A DNA stretch of 32,000 nucleotides, taken from Proteiniclasticum aestuarii. Lineage in GTDB: Bacteria; Bacillota; Clostridia; Clostridiales; Clostridiaceae. Location of the stretch: contig NZ_JAFNJU010000008.1 of NCBI RefSeq assembly GCF_017368455.1, positions 154,758 through 186,757 of the forward strand. The letters are read 5' to 3'. The notes beneath the pieces are model-generated. The model searched no databases and was not told where the DNA came from. It saw only the letters and a list, made by a program, of their open reading frames with translations. The position numbers and the translations under genes are program-made. Of the stretch, positions 10,287 through 18,752 are shown one piece after another. Position 1 is the stretch's first letter. Every line of letters begins with the position of its first letter.

Positions 10287-10574
10287 TTACTTATCTAATT
10301 TAACAATGATATGTCTGATTATACCGTCGGTAATTCTGAATATTCTGTCTAACTCTTTTGGTAATTCTGGTTCTGCCTGGAAGTTAAATAGAACGTAGAT
10401 ACCTTCATTAACTTTGTCGATTTCGTAAGCAAGTCTTCTCTTGCCCCAAAGATCAACGTTATCAATGATACCACCTTCTGTTTCAATTACACCCTTGAAC
10501 TTATCTACAGCAGTCTTCACTGCCTCCTCGTCAAATGATGGATGTAGTATGAAAATAGTTTCATAGTTTCTCAT
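10287..10574 (-). CDS. rpsF: 30S ribosomal protein S6
   Basis: [17 protein letters not shown] is the canonical S6 start. I prefer the second ATG (10574), 6-7 nt from GGAGGAGGT. The track start is 10577. Confidence 0.96.
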   Translation of the reverse strand: MRNYETIFILHPSFDEEAVKTAVDKFKGVIETEGGIIDNVDLWGKRRLAYEIDKVNEGIYVLFNFQAEPELPKELDRIFRITDGIIRHIIVKLDK

Positions 10575-10581
10575 CATGTCA

Positions 10582-10624
10582 CCTCCTCCCCCCGGACTAA
10601 GGCCATGATTTTCATGGCGGGGAT
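10582..10624 (-). promoter_or_regulatory. Structured rpsF 5' leader; candidate S6:S18 autoregulatory RNA element
   Basis: The minus-strand RNA reads AUCCCCG-CCAUGA-AAA-UCAUGG-CCUUAGUC-CGGGGGG-AGGAGG. An outer CCCCG/CGGGG helix encloses a 6-bp hairpin and an asymmetric bulge, and its 3' arm runs directly into the SD. The position and shape are consistent with the described Firmicute rpsF leader that binds the S6:S18 complex. Confidence 0.4.
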
Positions 10625-10635
10625 TACATCAGTAA

Positions 10636-10664
10636 ATTTTATCACTTATAGCTACATTATGCAA
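10636..10664 (-). promoter_or_regulatory. Candidate promoter of the rpsF-ssb-rpsR operon
   Basis: On the minus strand: TTGCAT (10664-10659), a 17-nt spacer, then TGATAAAAT (an extended -10, with the -10 hexamer at 10641-10636). Confidence 0.45.
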
Positions 10665-10667
10665 ACA

Positions 10668-10865
10668 TTATTTTTTCTCAATCACTTTTTTTGCATCTTT
10701 TTCAAATTTATTGCGGGGCAGCATCACGATCCGATCGCAACCCTTACATTTAATTTTGATATCTGCACCCAATCTGGTGACTTCCCATAAATAACTTCCG
10801 CATGGATGCTGTTTTTTCATCTGAACGATGGTGCCGATCTCATATTCCTTAATCACGCTATTCAA
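10668..10865 (-). CDS. DUF951 family small protein (YyzM-like)
   Basis: MKKQHPCGSYLWEVTRLGADIKIKCKGCDRIVMLPRNKFEK matches the DUF951 HPCG...C..C signature. The start is uncertain: TTG 10865 or GTG 10856. It is coupled to the upstream DUF3343 gene. Confidence 0.8.
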   Translation of the reverse strand: MNSVIKEYEIGTIVQMKKQHPCGSYLWEVTRLGADIKIKCKGCDRIVMLPRNKFEKDAKKVIEKK

Positions 10866-11109
10866 ACCCCTTAATTTTAATGATGCTTATCTTTGTGATC
10901 TTATATAGTGCCTTATACACCGCTCCGGAATCAATCATCTTCTCAACATCTTCTAGTTCCATCTCGGTAAACCTGAGACTAATTCCACAGCTGCCTAATA
11001 TTTGTGGAGGTGTTGGATATACTGCGTGTGCTATCTTTCTTTGCTTAAACTCCTCTTCGCCCTTAAGCGCATCTGAAGTGTTCTTGTAAACCAGTAAGTA
11101 AAAATCCAT
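10858..11109 (-). CDS. DUF3343 protein (putative Se/S carrier-like, PF11823 type)
   Basis: FYLLVYKNTSDALKGEEEFKQRKIAHAVYPTPPQILGSCGISLRF fits the DUF3343 pattern with the conserved Cys-Gly. GGAGGA RBS. Confidence 0.75.
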   Translation of the reverse strand: MDFYLLVYKNTSDALKGEEEFKQRKIAHAVYPTPPQILGSCGISLRFTEMELEDVEKMIDSGAVYKALYKITKISIIKIKGFE

Positions 11110-11296
11110 ATCTATCCTCCGTTAAGTCAGTTTCTGATTATATTCTATCCATCATATTATACACGAATACATCTGTTTTTATCCACCTTGCCGAATTCAG
11201 AATATATCAACAAAAAGACAATTTTTTCATATTATGCATACCATTGAGTGAACTATGGCTTATAATTATTTATAAGAAGAAAATGGAGATAAGAAT

Positions 11297-12457
11297 ATGA
11301 TTTATTTTGATAACGCATCAACCAGTTACCGCAAACCCCAACGTATATACGATGCTGTTTATAATACAATGATAAATGGTGCAGGCAATTCGGGAAGAGG
11401 AGCCAACAGCGTTTCCATGGCTGCCGGTAGAATTCTACATGATTGCAGAACTGAACTTAGCCTGCTTTTTCACTGCGACAAACCCGAAAACATCGTTCTG
11501 AAATCATCTGTGACGGAAGCACTAAATACCATACTGCTGGGCCTACTGAAACCTGGTGATCACGTGATTTCCTCTGTGATGGAACATAACTCTGTCCTGC
11601 GCCCCCTCGAAAAGCTGCGAAAGGATGGAATCATCACTTATGACCTGCTCCCTTGCGACGATAGCGGAGAAATACTCCTGGATTCACTGTCAGACCTGGA
11701 AAACCTGAACACAAAAGCAATCATCTTAAGCCACGTCTCCAATCTGACTGGAACCATACAGCCCGCAGCTCGCATCAGAGAAAGGCTTCGTAATAAGGAC
11801 ATCTACATTATAATAGATGCTGCACAAAGTGCGGGCTATATAAAGGTAGACATGGAATCGCTGAAAGTGGATGCAATAGCCTTTACAGGTCACAAAGGAC
11901 TGCTGGGTCCACAAGGCACAGGCGGATTCATCATATCAGATCGTATGAATCAGGACATGCGTCCTGTTTTCACTGGTGGTACAGGATCTGACTCCCTCAG
12001 TCTGGATCAGCCCCTGTTTCTTCCTGATAAGTTCGAATCAGGAACCCATAACATACCCGGAATCGCAGGACTTCTGGAAGGTGTCAAGTTCATAAAAGAA
12101 CGAGAGATAAACCGAATCAATGAAGAACACATGTTCTTATCGGAGTATTTTCTGCATCACCTAGATGCTCTTGATAGCATAGCACTTATGGGAAAGCGTA
12201 CCCCTTCTGGACGTATCCCCAATTTCTCTCTTACTTTCAAGAACATGGATTGCTCTGAAGCTGCATTCATTCTGGAAAACAGATTCAACATCATCAGCCG
12301 ATCCGGATATCATTGTGCTCCTCTTGCTCATAAAGCTTTAGGAACGGGAGAGACCGGCAGCCTGAGGATCAGTTTCGGGCACTTTACCACAGTCCAGGAC
12401 ATCGATCAGCTGCTGGTCGCTCTGAAATATATCAGTGAGGTGTATCATGGAGAATAA
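11297..12457 (+). CDS. Class V aminotransferase / cysteine desulfurase family protein (selenocysteine-lyase-like subfamily)
   Basis: PLP-lysine motif AFTGHKGLLGP, and the active-site Cys in SRSGYHCAPLAH. 386 aa. GGAGAT RBS. Confidence 0.85.
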   Translation: MIYFDNASTSYRKPQRIYDAVYNTMINGAGNSGRGANSVSMAAGRILHDCRTELSLLFHCDKPENIVLKSSVTEALNTILLGLLKPGDHVISSVMEHNSVLRPLEKLRKDGIITYDLLPCDDSGEILLDSLSDLENLNTKAIILSHVSNLTGTIQPAARIRERLRNKDIYIIIDAAQSAGYIKVDMESLKVDAIAFTGHKGLLGPQGTGGFIISDRMNQDMRPVFTGGTGSDSLSLDQPLFLPDKFESGTHNIPGIAGLLEGVKFIKEREINRINEEHMFLSEYFLHHLDALDSIALMGKRTPSGRIPNFSLTFKNMDCSEAAFILENRFNIISRSGYHCAPLAHKALGTGETGSLRISFGHFTTVQDIDQLLVALKYISEVYHGE

Positions 12458-13568
12458 TAGAGAATCTTATATAAGAAAGTACGACAAAATTCTCATTTAC
12501 CTTGTCGTATATACCATCACATTCTTTGCTTTTGTCAAAACGCTTCCTTACACAATTCCATTTGTGCTGGCCTTTATTGTTGCAGCCATTGTCAGCCCGA
12601 TTGTGAAAAAACTGATTTCCTGGACCAGCAATCAGATTCATCAGAATCTGGTGATACTGGCAACGCTGCTGACTTTTTATGGAATCATTGGAACTCTTGT
12701 TACCGCACTCACCATCCGTCTGGTGAATCAGTCCGCTCTTCTAGTCGTGAATGGTGTGAACTATATCAATGAGAATTATGATGCCATTGTCAGATGGTTC
12801 CAGAATCAATATGATTGGCTGGCATCCAACATACAAAGCCTGGATCCGGCAATCATCGAATCAGGCAGCGAAATGCTCAGTTCTACTCTGAACTCTTTGA
12901 AAGATGTTGTAATATCCATGGGTCGAGCTGTTGGCGGTTTTGCAATTGATACGATTGCAGGTCTTCCTACATTAATGCTGATTATCATATTCACTGTAGT
13001 CTGTTCCTTCTTCTTTACTAAGAAATTCATCAACGATCCCGGTTTCATATACAACTATCTGCCTACTTCTGATACCCAGGAGAATCGTGTACGGAACATC
13101 ATCACAGAAGGCAAGAACATGGTGGTGAGATACAGCCTTTCCTATCTGCTGATCATAATGATTACCGGTGTTATTTCCATGATCGGATATCTGATCCTTG
13201 GTATTCCTTATGCTCTGATTCTTGGCCTTGTAACCGCATTTCTTGATTTGCTTCCGGTATTGGGTGTATCAGCTGCCTATATACCACTGGCCTTCTACTA
13301 TTTCACTCAGGGGAATATGACCATACCGATAGGTCTGGGTATACTATGGATCATTGTGGCTGTTGGCAGAAATATATGGGAGCCGAGGATCCTATCCTCT
13401 AGCCTCAACATCAATCCGATCATCACGATCATGGCGATCTTCATTGGTCTGAAAATTGCCGGAATCATCGGCATGTTCTTTCTCATCTTCATGGCTGTGG
13501 GATTTAAAGTCCTGCAGACGGTCGGCGTTCTGGACAAATTCAATCAGAAACAAACTGCATCCCAATAA
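12447..13568 (+). CDS. ytvI: AI-2E (PerM/YtvI-like) family integral membrane protein
   Basis: A polytopic membrane protein of about 373 aa; the C-terminal half (GLVTAFLDLLPVLGVSAAYIPL...) is typical of the AI-2E/YtvI family. I prefer ATG 12447, with GAGG 6 nt upstream. The track start 12435 is a GTG. Confidence 0.75.
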   Translation: MENNRESYIRKYDKILIYLVVYTITFFAFVKTLPYTIPFVLAFIVAAIVSPIVKKLISWTSNQIHQNLVILATLLTFYGIIGTLVTALTIRLVNQSALLVVNGVNYINENYDAIVRWFQNQYDWLASNIQSLDPAIIESGSEMLSSTLNSLKDVVISMGRAVGGFAIDTIAGLPTLMLIIIFTVVCSFFFTKKFINDPGFIYNYLPTSDTQENRVRNIITEGKNMVVRYSLSYLLIIMITGVISMIGYLILGIPYALILGLVTAFLDLLPVLGVSAAYIPLAFYYFTQGNMTIPIGLGILWIIVAVGRNIWEPRILSSSLNINPIITIMAIFIGLKIAGIIGMFFLIFMAVGFKVLQTVGVLDKFNQKQTASQ

Positions 13569-13613
13569 AATAAATCGTCAGTTACGTGAAACACATAACT
13601 GACGATTTATTTT
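13567..13613. terminator. Bidirectional terminator hairpin between convergent ytvI and the DUF4446 gene
   Basis: An 18-bp perfect inverted repeat, AAAATAAATCGTCAGTTA (13567-13584) pairing with TAACTGACGATTTATTTT (13596-13613), with an 11-nt loop. It overlaps both stop codons. Confidence 0.7.
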
Positions 13614-14124
13614 ATTTCTTTTCCAGCCCTAGGGCCTTATTCATCGCATAATTCTCTTCTTCAGACAATGCATATTTGGAAGTTCCTTTACTAATAGGCT
13701 TCGCATAGGATGTACTCATATTTCGTCCGAAGATGCTCGTTATCACGACACCGTCGTTTTTATTGTCCAGCATGGCTACACTGTAGCTTAAATCGCTGCC
13801 CACATCATCGAAAGCTTTATATCGTACTACGCCTACTTTCTGAATGCAGTGATTGATCTGATTACTGAGCAGTTTGATTTCTTCTACTGCTAGCTTCGTA
13901 TCTACATATGAAGTATCTACTTTGCGCTGGTAGGACCTGATCATGTCTTCCAGAGAACCTTTATCGGCGTCTTTCATCATCAGATCGTATCTTTTTTTAA
14001 GCTTTCTATTTGAAATCAGCAGTGCTATTGATAAGAAAAACATTACGATAAATACAGTGGCCATAATCAGTATAATGATCGGTAAATTGGCAGTAATATA
14101 CGTCGATACAATATTGTAATCCAT
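13612..14124 (-). CDS. DUF4446 family protein with an N-terminal TM helix
   Basis: VVRYKAFDDVGSDLSYSVAMLDNKNDGVVITSIFGRNMSTSYAKPISKG...LSEEE matches the DUF4446 pattern, and it occupies the conserved position immediately downstream of spo0J in Clostridia. Confidence 0.8.
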   Translation of the reverse strand: MDYNIVSTYITANLPIIILIMATVFIVMFFLSIALLISNRKLKKRYDLMMKDADKGSLEDMIRSYQRKVDTSYVDTKLAVEEIKLLSNQINHCIQKVGVVRYKAFDDVGSDLSYSVAMLDNKNDGVVITSIFGRNMSTSYAKPISKGTSKYALSEEENYAMNKALGLEKK

Positions 14125-14132
14125 TTTAACAC

Positions 14133-14972
14133 CTATTCTTCTAGTTTCAGATGCTCTAAAATTCTGTTCAGATCATCCATACTATAATATTCTATTTCTA
14201 TTCTTCCTTTGTTCTTGGCTTTCGGCTTTAATGATACTTTTGTTCCAATGGTTTTTGCCAGTCTTTTTTCAACATCCTTGAAATAGGGATCCAGTCTGAT
14301 CTTTCTTGCCACAGGTTTCACTTTATAGTAGTTCGTTGCCAGATTCTCCGTTTCTCTTACATTAAGGTTTTCATCGACAACTCTTTGTGCCAACTTGTAC
14401 TGATCTTCTTTCTCTTCTATAGCAAGTATAGCTCTGCCATGGCCTTCAGATAGTATTTCTTCTATCAGAAACTCCTGTACCCGATCATCCAGATTGACTA
14501 ACCTCATCGTGTTGCTGATGCTTGTTCTGGATTTGCCGATCTTTCTGGAAAGCTCTTCCTGAGTGAGATCAAAATCACCAAGCAGCCTTTTGTAGGCATT
14601 TGCTTCTTCAATCGGATTCAGATCCTGTCTCTGAATGTTCTCGATCAGCGAGATCTCCAGTACTGCTGATTCCGTTATATCCATAATGATAACAGGTACT
14701 TCTTTCAGATTCGCTTGTTTGGCTGCTCTCCATCGTCTTTCTCCAGCCACGATACTGTAATCCTCTTTCTCTTTCTGCACAATAATCGGTTGAATCATGC
14801 CATGCTCTTTGATGGATTCTGCCAACATCGCTATTTTCTCTTCATCAAAATACTTTCTTGGTTGCTTCTTATTCGGTTTGATCTTATTGATGTCAAGAAC
14901 TCCAATATTTTCTTCATCTTCAGGTATCAGTTTATCCAATCCTTTACCCAATCCAAATTTCTTAGCCATCAT
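14133..14972 (-). CDS. parB: Chromosome partitioning protein ParB/Spo0J
   Basis: GLGKGLDKLIP N-terminus, ParB box IVAGERRWRAAK (GERRxRA), and an HTH in LTQEELSRKIGKSRTSISNTMRL. The second ATG (14969) is better spaced from GGGAGG. Confidence 0.96.
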   Translation of the reverse strand: MMAKKFGLGKGLDKLIPEDEENIGVLDINKIKPNKKQPRKYFDEEKIAMLAESIKEHGMIQPIIVQKEKEDYSIVAGERRWRAAKQANLKEVPVIIMDITESAVLEISLIENIQRQDLNPIEEANAYKRLLGDFDLTQEELSRKIGKSRTSISNTMRLVNLDDRVQEFLIEEILSEGHGRAILAIEEKEDQYKLAQRVVDENLNVRETENLATNYYKVKPVARKIRLDPYFKDVEKRLAKTIGTKVSLKPKAKNKGRIEIEYYSMDDLNRILEHLKLEE

Positions 14973-15743
14973 CTACCTCCCTAGATTTTTTCTTAAGAAC
15001 TCGTCTGCAAGATCCGAATATGCTTCAGCGCCCTTGGCTCTTGAATCATACAGCGCTATTGGGATCCCGAAACTTGGTGCTTCTGCCAATCTCACATTCC
15101 TTGGAATCGAATTTTCATACACCAGCTCACCAAAGTATGACTTCAGCTCTTCTGCCACCTGCAGCTGAAGATTCCTGCGAGGATCAAACATCGTCAGGAC
15201 AACACCTTCGATTTCAAGATTCTTATTCAAGCCTTTTTTGACCTTCTGAACAGTTTTGATCAGCTGACTTATACCTTCCAATGCATAATACTCACACTGC
15301 ATCGGTATAAGCACAGTATCTGATGCAGTCAGTGCATTGATTGTCAGAAGCCCCAGTGATGGAGGACAGTCAATGATGATGAAATCAAACTCTTCTTCAA
15401 GACCCTGGATTTTATTCTTCAGAATCGATTCTCTGTTCTCCATGTAGCTTAATTCAAGATCTGCACCGGCTAAATCCATATTGGAAGGTACAATACTCAG
15501 ATTTTCCACTTTTTCCACTTTCTGTATAACTTCACCAATTTTGGTTTCAGAAAGCAGCAGCTCATAAGTGGTATTCTCCTGCTGATCCTTCTCGATACCC
15601 AATCCACTGGATGTATTACCCTGAGGATCTATATCAATTACAAGCACCTTGTGACCCTTCAGTGCAATATAGGAAGCAAGATTTATGTTTGTGGTAGTTT
15701 TTCCAACACCACCTTTTTGGTTAAAAATACTGACGATTTTCAT
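14973..15743 (-). CDS. parA: Chromosome partitioning ATPase ParA/Soj
   Basis: Deviant Walker A NQKGGVGKTTT; also DIDPQGN and IIIDCPPSLG. 256 aa. AAGGAG RBS. Confidence 0.96.
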   Translation of the reverse strand: MKIVSIFNQKGGVGKTTTNINLASYIALKGHKVLVIDIDPQGNTSSGLGIEKDQQENTTYELLLSETKIGEVIQKVEKVENLSIVPSNMDLAGADLELSYMENRESILKNKIQGLEEEFDFIIIDCPPSLGLLTINALTASDTVLIPMQCEYYALEGISQLIKTVQKVKKGLNKNLEIEGVVLTMFDPRRNLQLQVAEELKSYFGELVYENSIPRNVRLAEAPSFGIPIALYDSRAKGAEAYSDLADEFLRKNLGR

Positions 15744-15825
15744 ATAACACTCCTTTTTATTCTTCCTTTGAACTCTTAATTCTGATTATAACGCTTATCA
15801 ATGCAGTTTCATAGTTCCTAAAAGA

Positions 15826-15841
15826 TGTTTCACGTGAAACA
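15826..15841. promoter_or_regulatory. parS: parS centromere-like site 1 (perfect)
   Basis: TGTTTCACGTGAAACA is an exact match to the Firmicute parS consensus TGTTNCACGTGAAACA. The palindrome extends to ATGTTTCACGTGAAACAT. Confidence 0.9.
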
Positions 15842-15932
15842 TTCGTGATCGGGATCTTTACAAAGTAGGTTTCTCAAGCTTTACATCGATTAACGAAGTT
15901 TAAAATTAATCTTTTGTTGTCATCAGAAGAAA

Positions 15933-15948
15933 TGTTTCACGTGAAACA
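15933..15948. promoter_or_regulatory. parS: parS centromere-like site 2 (perfect)
   Basis: TGTTTCACGTGAAACA, within the 18-bp palindrome ATGTTTCACGTGAAACAT. Confidence 0.9.
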
Positions 15949-16043
15949 TTCTGTCTTTCACCACATACTTCTTAGCTTATTTGATTGACGAATATTTTAT
16001 AGATCGTTTGTCTTGTTCAACTCTAAATGTAGGCAAATAAAAA

Positions 16044-16059
16044 TGTTTCACGTGAAACA
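16044..16059. promoter_or_regulatory. parS: parS centromere-like site 3 (perfect)
   Basis: TGTTTCACGTGAAACA, within the 18-bp palindrome ATGTTTCACGTGAAACAT. Confidence 0.9.
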
Positions 16060-16076
16060 TAGACGAATCTACATTT

Positions 16077-16092
16077 TGTTTCACGTGAAACA
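16077..16092. promoter_or_regulatory. parS: parS centromere-like site 4 (perfect)
   Basis: TGTTTCACGTGAAACA, located 24 bp from the rsmG stop codon. Confidence 0.9.
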
Positions 16093-16115
16093 TTTGAAAA
16101 TTTTAGCTATATCAG

Positions 16116-16838
16116 CTATTTCTCAGAGATTAATGACTTTTTGATCGCTGCTGAGGATCTGGGATAACCTTTCGGTGTGGGCTTCATTTTCCTGATTACA
16201 ACCAGATTATGATTCAGGTCTGTACCTTCTACCTTGACTTTCTGTATTCTGATGATTTTTCCACCCAGAACTTTAACCGCATACTCCGCGTCCTCAATTT
16301 CCTGTTCAACTGCAGGACCTTTCAGTGCTATGAAATGTCCACCCACCTTAACATAGGGTAGGCACAGCTCTGTAAGCAATGTGAGGTTTGCAACCGCTCT
16401 GGATACGGCTACGTCATATGAGTCTCTATATTCCGACTTTCTGGCACCATCCTCAGCTCTGCTGTGAACAAACTCCACATTCTCCAGGTTCATCTCTTCC
16501 GAGACTGCACGCAGGAAATTCAGTCTTTTGTTCAACGAGTCCAGGAGCGTAATCTTCAGCTCAGGCTTCATGATTTTAATGGGTAATCCCGGAAATCCAG
16601 CGCCCGTACCCACATCAATCAAAGACTCTGCATGGTTCAGTTCTTCTGACTGGAACGCCTGGATAGAATCAATAAAGTGTTTGCTGATGATTTCATCATC
16701 TTCAGTTATGGCTGTCAGATTCAGTTTTTCATTCCATTGCTTCAGCAGCAACTTATATTGCATGAACTGTTCATACTGATCTCTGCTGAAAGTCAGATTG
16801 AGCTGATCGGCGCTTTTTTTCATGATATCAAAATACAT
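16116..16838 (-). CDS. rsmG: 16S rRNA (guanine527-N7)-methyltransferase RsmG (GidB)
   Basis: NLTAITEDDEIISKHFIDS and the SAM-binding motif DVGTGAGFPGLPIKI. Conserved mnmE-mnmG-rsmG order. Confidence 0.96.
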   Translation of the reverse strand: MYFDIMKKSADQLNLTFSRDQYEQFMQYKLLLKQWNEKLNLTAITEDDEIISKHFIDSIQAFQSEELNHAESLIDVGTGAGFPGLPIKIMKPELKITLLDSLNKRLNFLRAVSEEMNLENVEFVHSRAEDGARKSEYRDSYDVAVSRAVANLTLLTELCLPYVKVGGHFIALKGPAVEQEIEDAEYAVKVLGGKIIRIQKVKVEGTDLNHNLVVIRKMKPTPKGYPRSSAAIKKSLISEK

Positions 16839-16839
16839 C

Positions 16840-18750
16840 CTAAGCCTCCCTGCTTTTTCGCTTTGATTCCAGATAAATCTGAATGACTGTGATGTCTGCA
16901 GGATTTACCCCTGAAATTCTTGATGCCTGTCCTAGATTCACAGGTTTCAGTTTATTCAGCTTCTGGGCTGCTTCAATTCGTAGTCCCTTGATGCTGAAAT
17001 AATCCTCAATTCCATCAAGTTTTTTCTTCTCGTACTTGGCAAACTGGGCTACATCTTCAAACTGCTGCTTGATGTAACCTTCATATTTACTCATGACATT
17101 GACCTGTTCCTGTATATCAATCCGAAGATCTGGTCTATCCGGATCGAAGTCCGCAACCTTGAAATAATCCAGTTCTGGTCTCTTGATGAGTTCATAGAGA
17201 GACGTCGGTTTCTTCAGCTCAGTAGAGCCTTTCTTCTCCAGAAGTTCATTCACTTCTCTTTTCCCTGTAATCTGAAGCTTCTTGAGTCTCTCCAGTTCAT
17301 TTTCAATCATATTCTTTCTGGAGATGTATTTCTCATATCGCTCATCTGAAACCAGTCCGACTCTTCTTCCGATTTCAGTCAGGCGTAAGTCCGCATTATC
17401 CTGTCGGAGAAGGAGTCTGTATTCCGCGCGGCTTGTCATCATACGATAGGGCTCATTGGTTCCTTTCGTCACCAGATCATCGATGAGTACACCGATGTAT
17501 CCCTGTGAACGATCAATGATCATGGGCTCTTCACCTTTGATTTTAAGTGCCGCATTGATACCAGCCACTATTCCCTGTGCCGCAGCTTCCTCATATCCGG
17601 ATGTCCCGTTGATCTGGCCTGCACCATATAATCCCCTGATCATCTTGAACTCCAGGGTTGGGTATAGCTGGAGCGGGTCAATCATCTCATATTCAATGGC
17701 ATATCCGGTTCTTGTGATTTCAATGTTTCGAAATGCCGGTATGGTCTTCAGCATTTCAATCTGAACTTCTTCCGGTAGGGAAGATGACATTCCCTGTACA
17801 TACATCTCGTTCGTCTCTTTTCCTTCAGGCTCAAGAAAAATCTGGTGTCTTGATTTGTCTGGAAATCTGTAGATCTTATCTTCAATGGATGGACAGTATC
17901 TTGCACCGACACCTTCAATACTTCCGTTGAACATGGGTGAACGATGCCTGTTCTTGTCGATCACTTTGTGGGTATGCTCATTGGTGTAGGTCAGATAGCA
18001 GCTGATCTGCTCTCTGTCTATTGGTGCTTCAAGATAATTGTCATGGACAAATGAGAAAGGAATGATTCTTTCATCACCTTTCTGCTCCTCCATCAATGAA
18101 AAATCGATGCTTCTTTTATGTACTCTGACTGGTGTTCCTGTTTTGAATCTATGCATCTCGAAACCCAGCTTGTCCAGGTTTTCCGATAACACCTTGGCAC
18201 TGGAAAGCCCATTGGGACCACTTTCATAATTTGCTTCTCCAATAATGATCTTGCTGGCGAGATAGGTTCCCGTAGCCAGAATCACAGCACTTCCCATGAA
18301 GTTTCCGCCATTTCTTGTACTGACACCTTTCACTACACCATCTTCCACAATGAGATCCGTCACTTCTATCTGTCTCAGATAAAGATTATCGGTATTTTCA
18401 ACGACTTTACGCATCTCTTTCTGATATTCGACTTTATCAGCCTGGGCTCTTAATGAGTGCACTGCTGGACCTTTCGAGGTGTTCAGCATTCTCGACTGGA
18501 TCAGCGTCTTGTCGATGTTGACACCCATTTCGCCACCCAACGCATCCAGTTCTCTGACCAGGTGTCCTTTGGATGTCCCTCCGATATTCGGATTGCATGG
18601 CATGAATGCCAGGCTTTCAATATTCATGGTGCACATCAGTGTCTTCAGTCCAAGTCTTGCCGAAGCCAAGGCTGCTTCACATCCTGCGTGTCCTGCACCA
18701 ACAACTATCACATCATAGTTGCCCGCATTATATGTAATCAATTTATTCAC
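16840..18750 (-). CDS. mnmG: tRNA uridine 5-carboxymethylaminomethyl modification enzyme MnmG (GidA)
   Basis: FAD motif [16 protein letters not shown]. 636 aa. GTG start 2 nt after the mnmE stop. Confidence 0.97.
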   Translation of the reverse strand: MNKLITYNAGNYDVIVVGAGHAGCEAALASARLGLKTLMCTMNIESLAFMPCNPNIGGTSKGHLVRELDALGGEMGVNIDKTLIQSRMLNTSKGPAVHSLRAQADKVEYQKEMRKVVENTDNLYLRQIEVTDLIVEDGVVKGVSTRNGGNFMGSAVILATGTYLASKIIIGEANYESGPNGLSSAKVLSENLDKLGFEMHRFKTGTPVRVHKRSIDFSLMEEQKGDERIIPFSFVHDNYLEAPIDREQISCYLTYTNEHTHKVIDKNRHRSPMFNGSIEGVGARYCPSIEDKIYRFPDKSRHQIFLEPEGKETNEMYVQGMSSSLPEEVQIEMLKTIPAFRNIEITRTGYAIEYEMIDPLQLYPTLEFKMIRGLYGAGQINGTSGYEEAAAQGIVAGINAALKIKGEEPMIIDRSQGYIGVLIDDLVTKGTNEPYRMMTSRAEYRLLLRQDNADLRLTEIGRRVGLVSDERYEKYISRKNMIENELERLKKLQITGKREVNELLEKKGSTELKKPTSLYELIKRPELDYFKVADFDPDRPDLRIDIQEQVNVMSKYEGYIKQQFEDVAQFAKYEKKKLDGIEDYFSIKGLRIEAAQKLNKLKPVNLGQASRISGVNPADITVIQIYLESKRKSREA

Positions 18751-18752
18751 CT

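Noticed and set aside
13581-13596. A possible fifth parS in the loop of the ytvI/DUF4446 terminator (CAGTTACGTGAAACAC)
   Set aside because: Only the right half (ACGTGAAACA, 10 nt) matches. The left half matches 2 of 6, giving about 12/16 overall. It is probably a chance half-site or a decayed copy, although its position just downstream of the par operon is noted.
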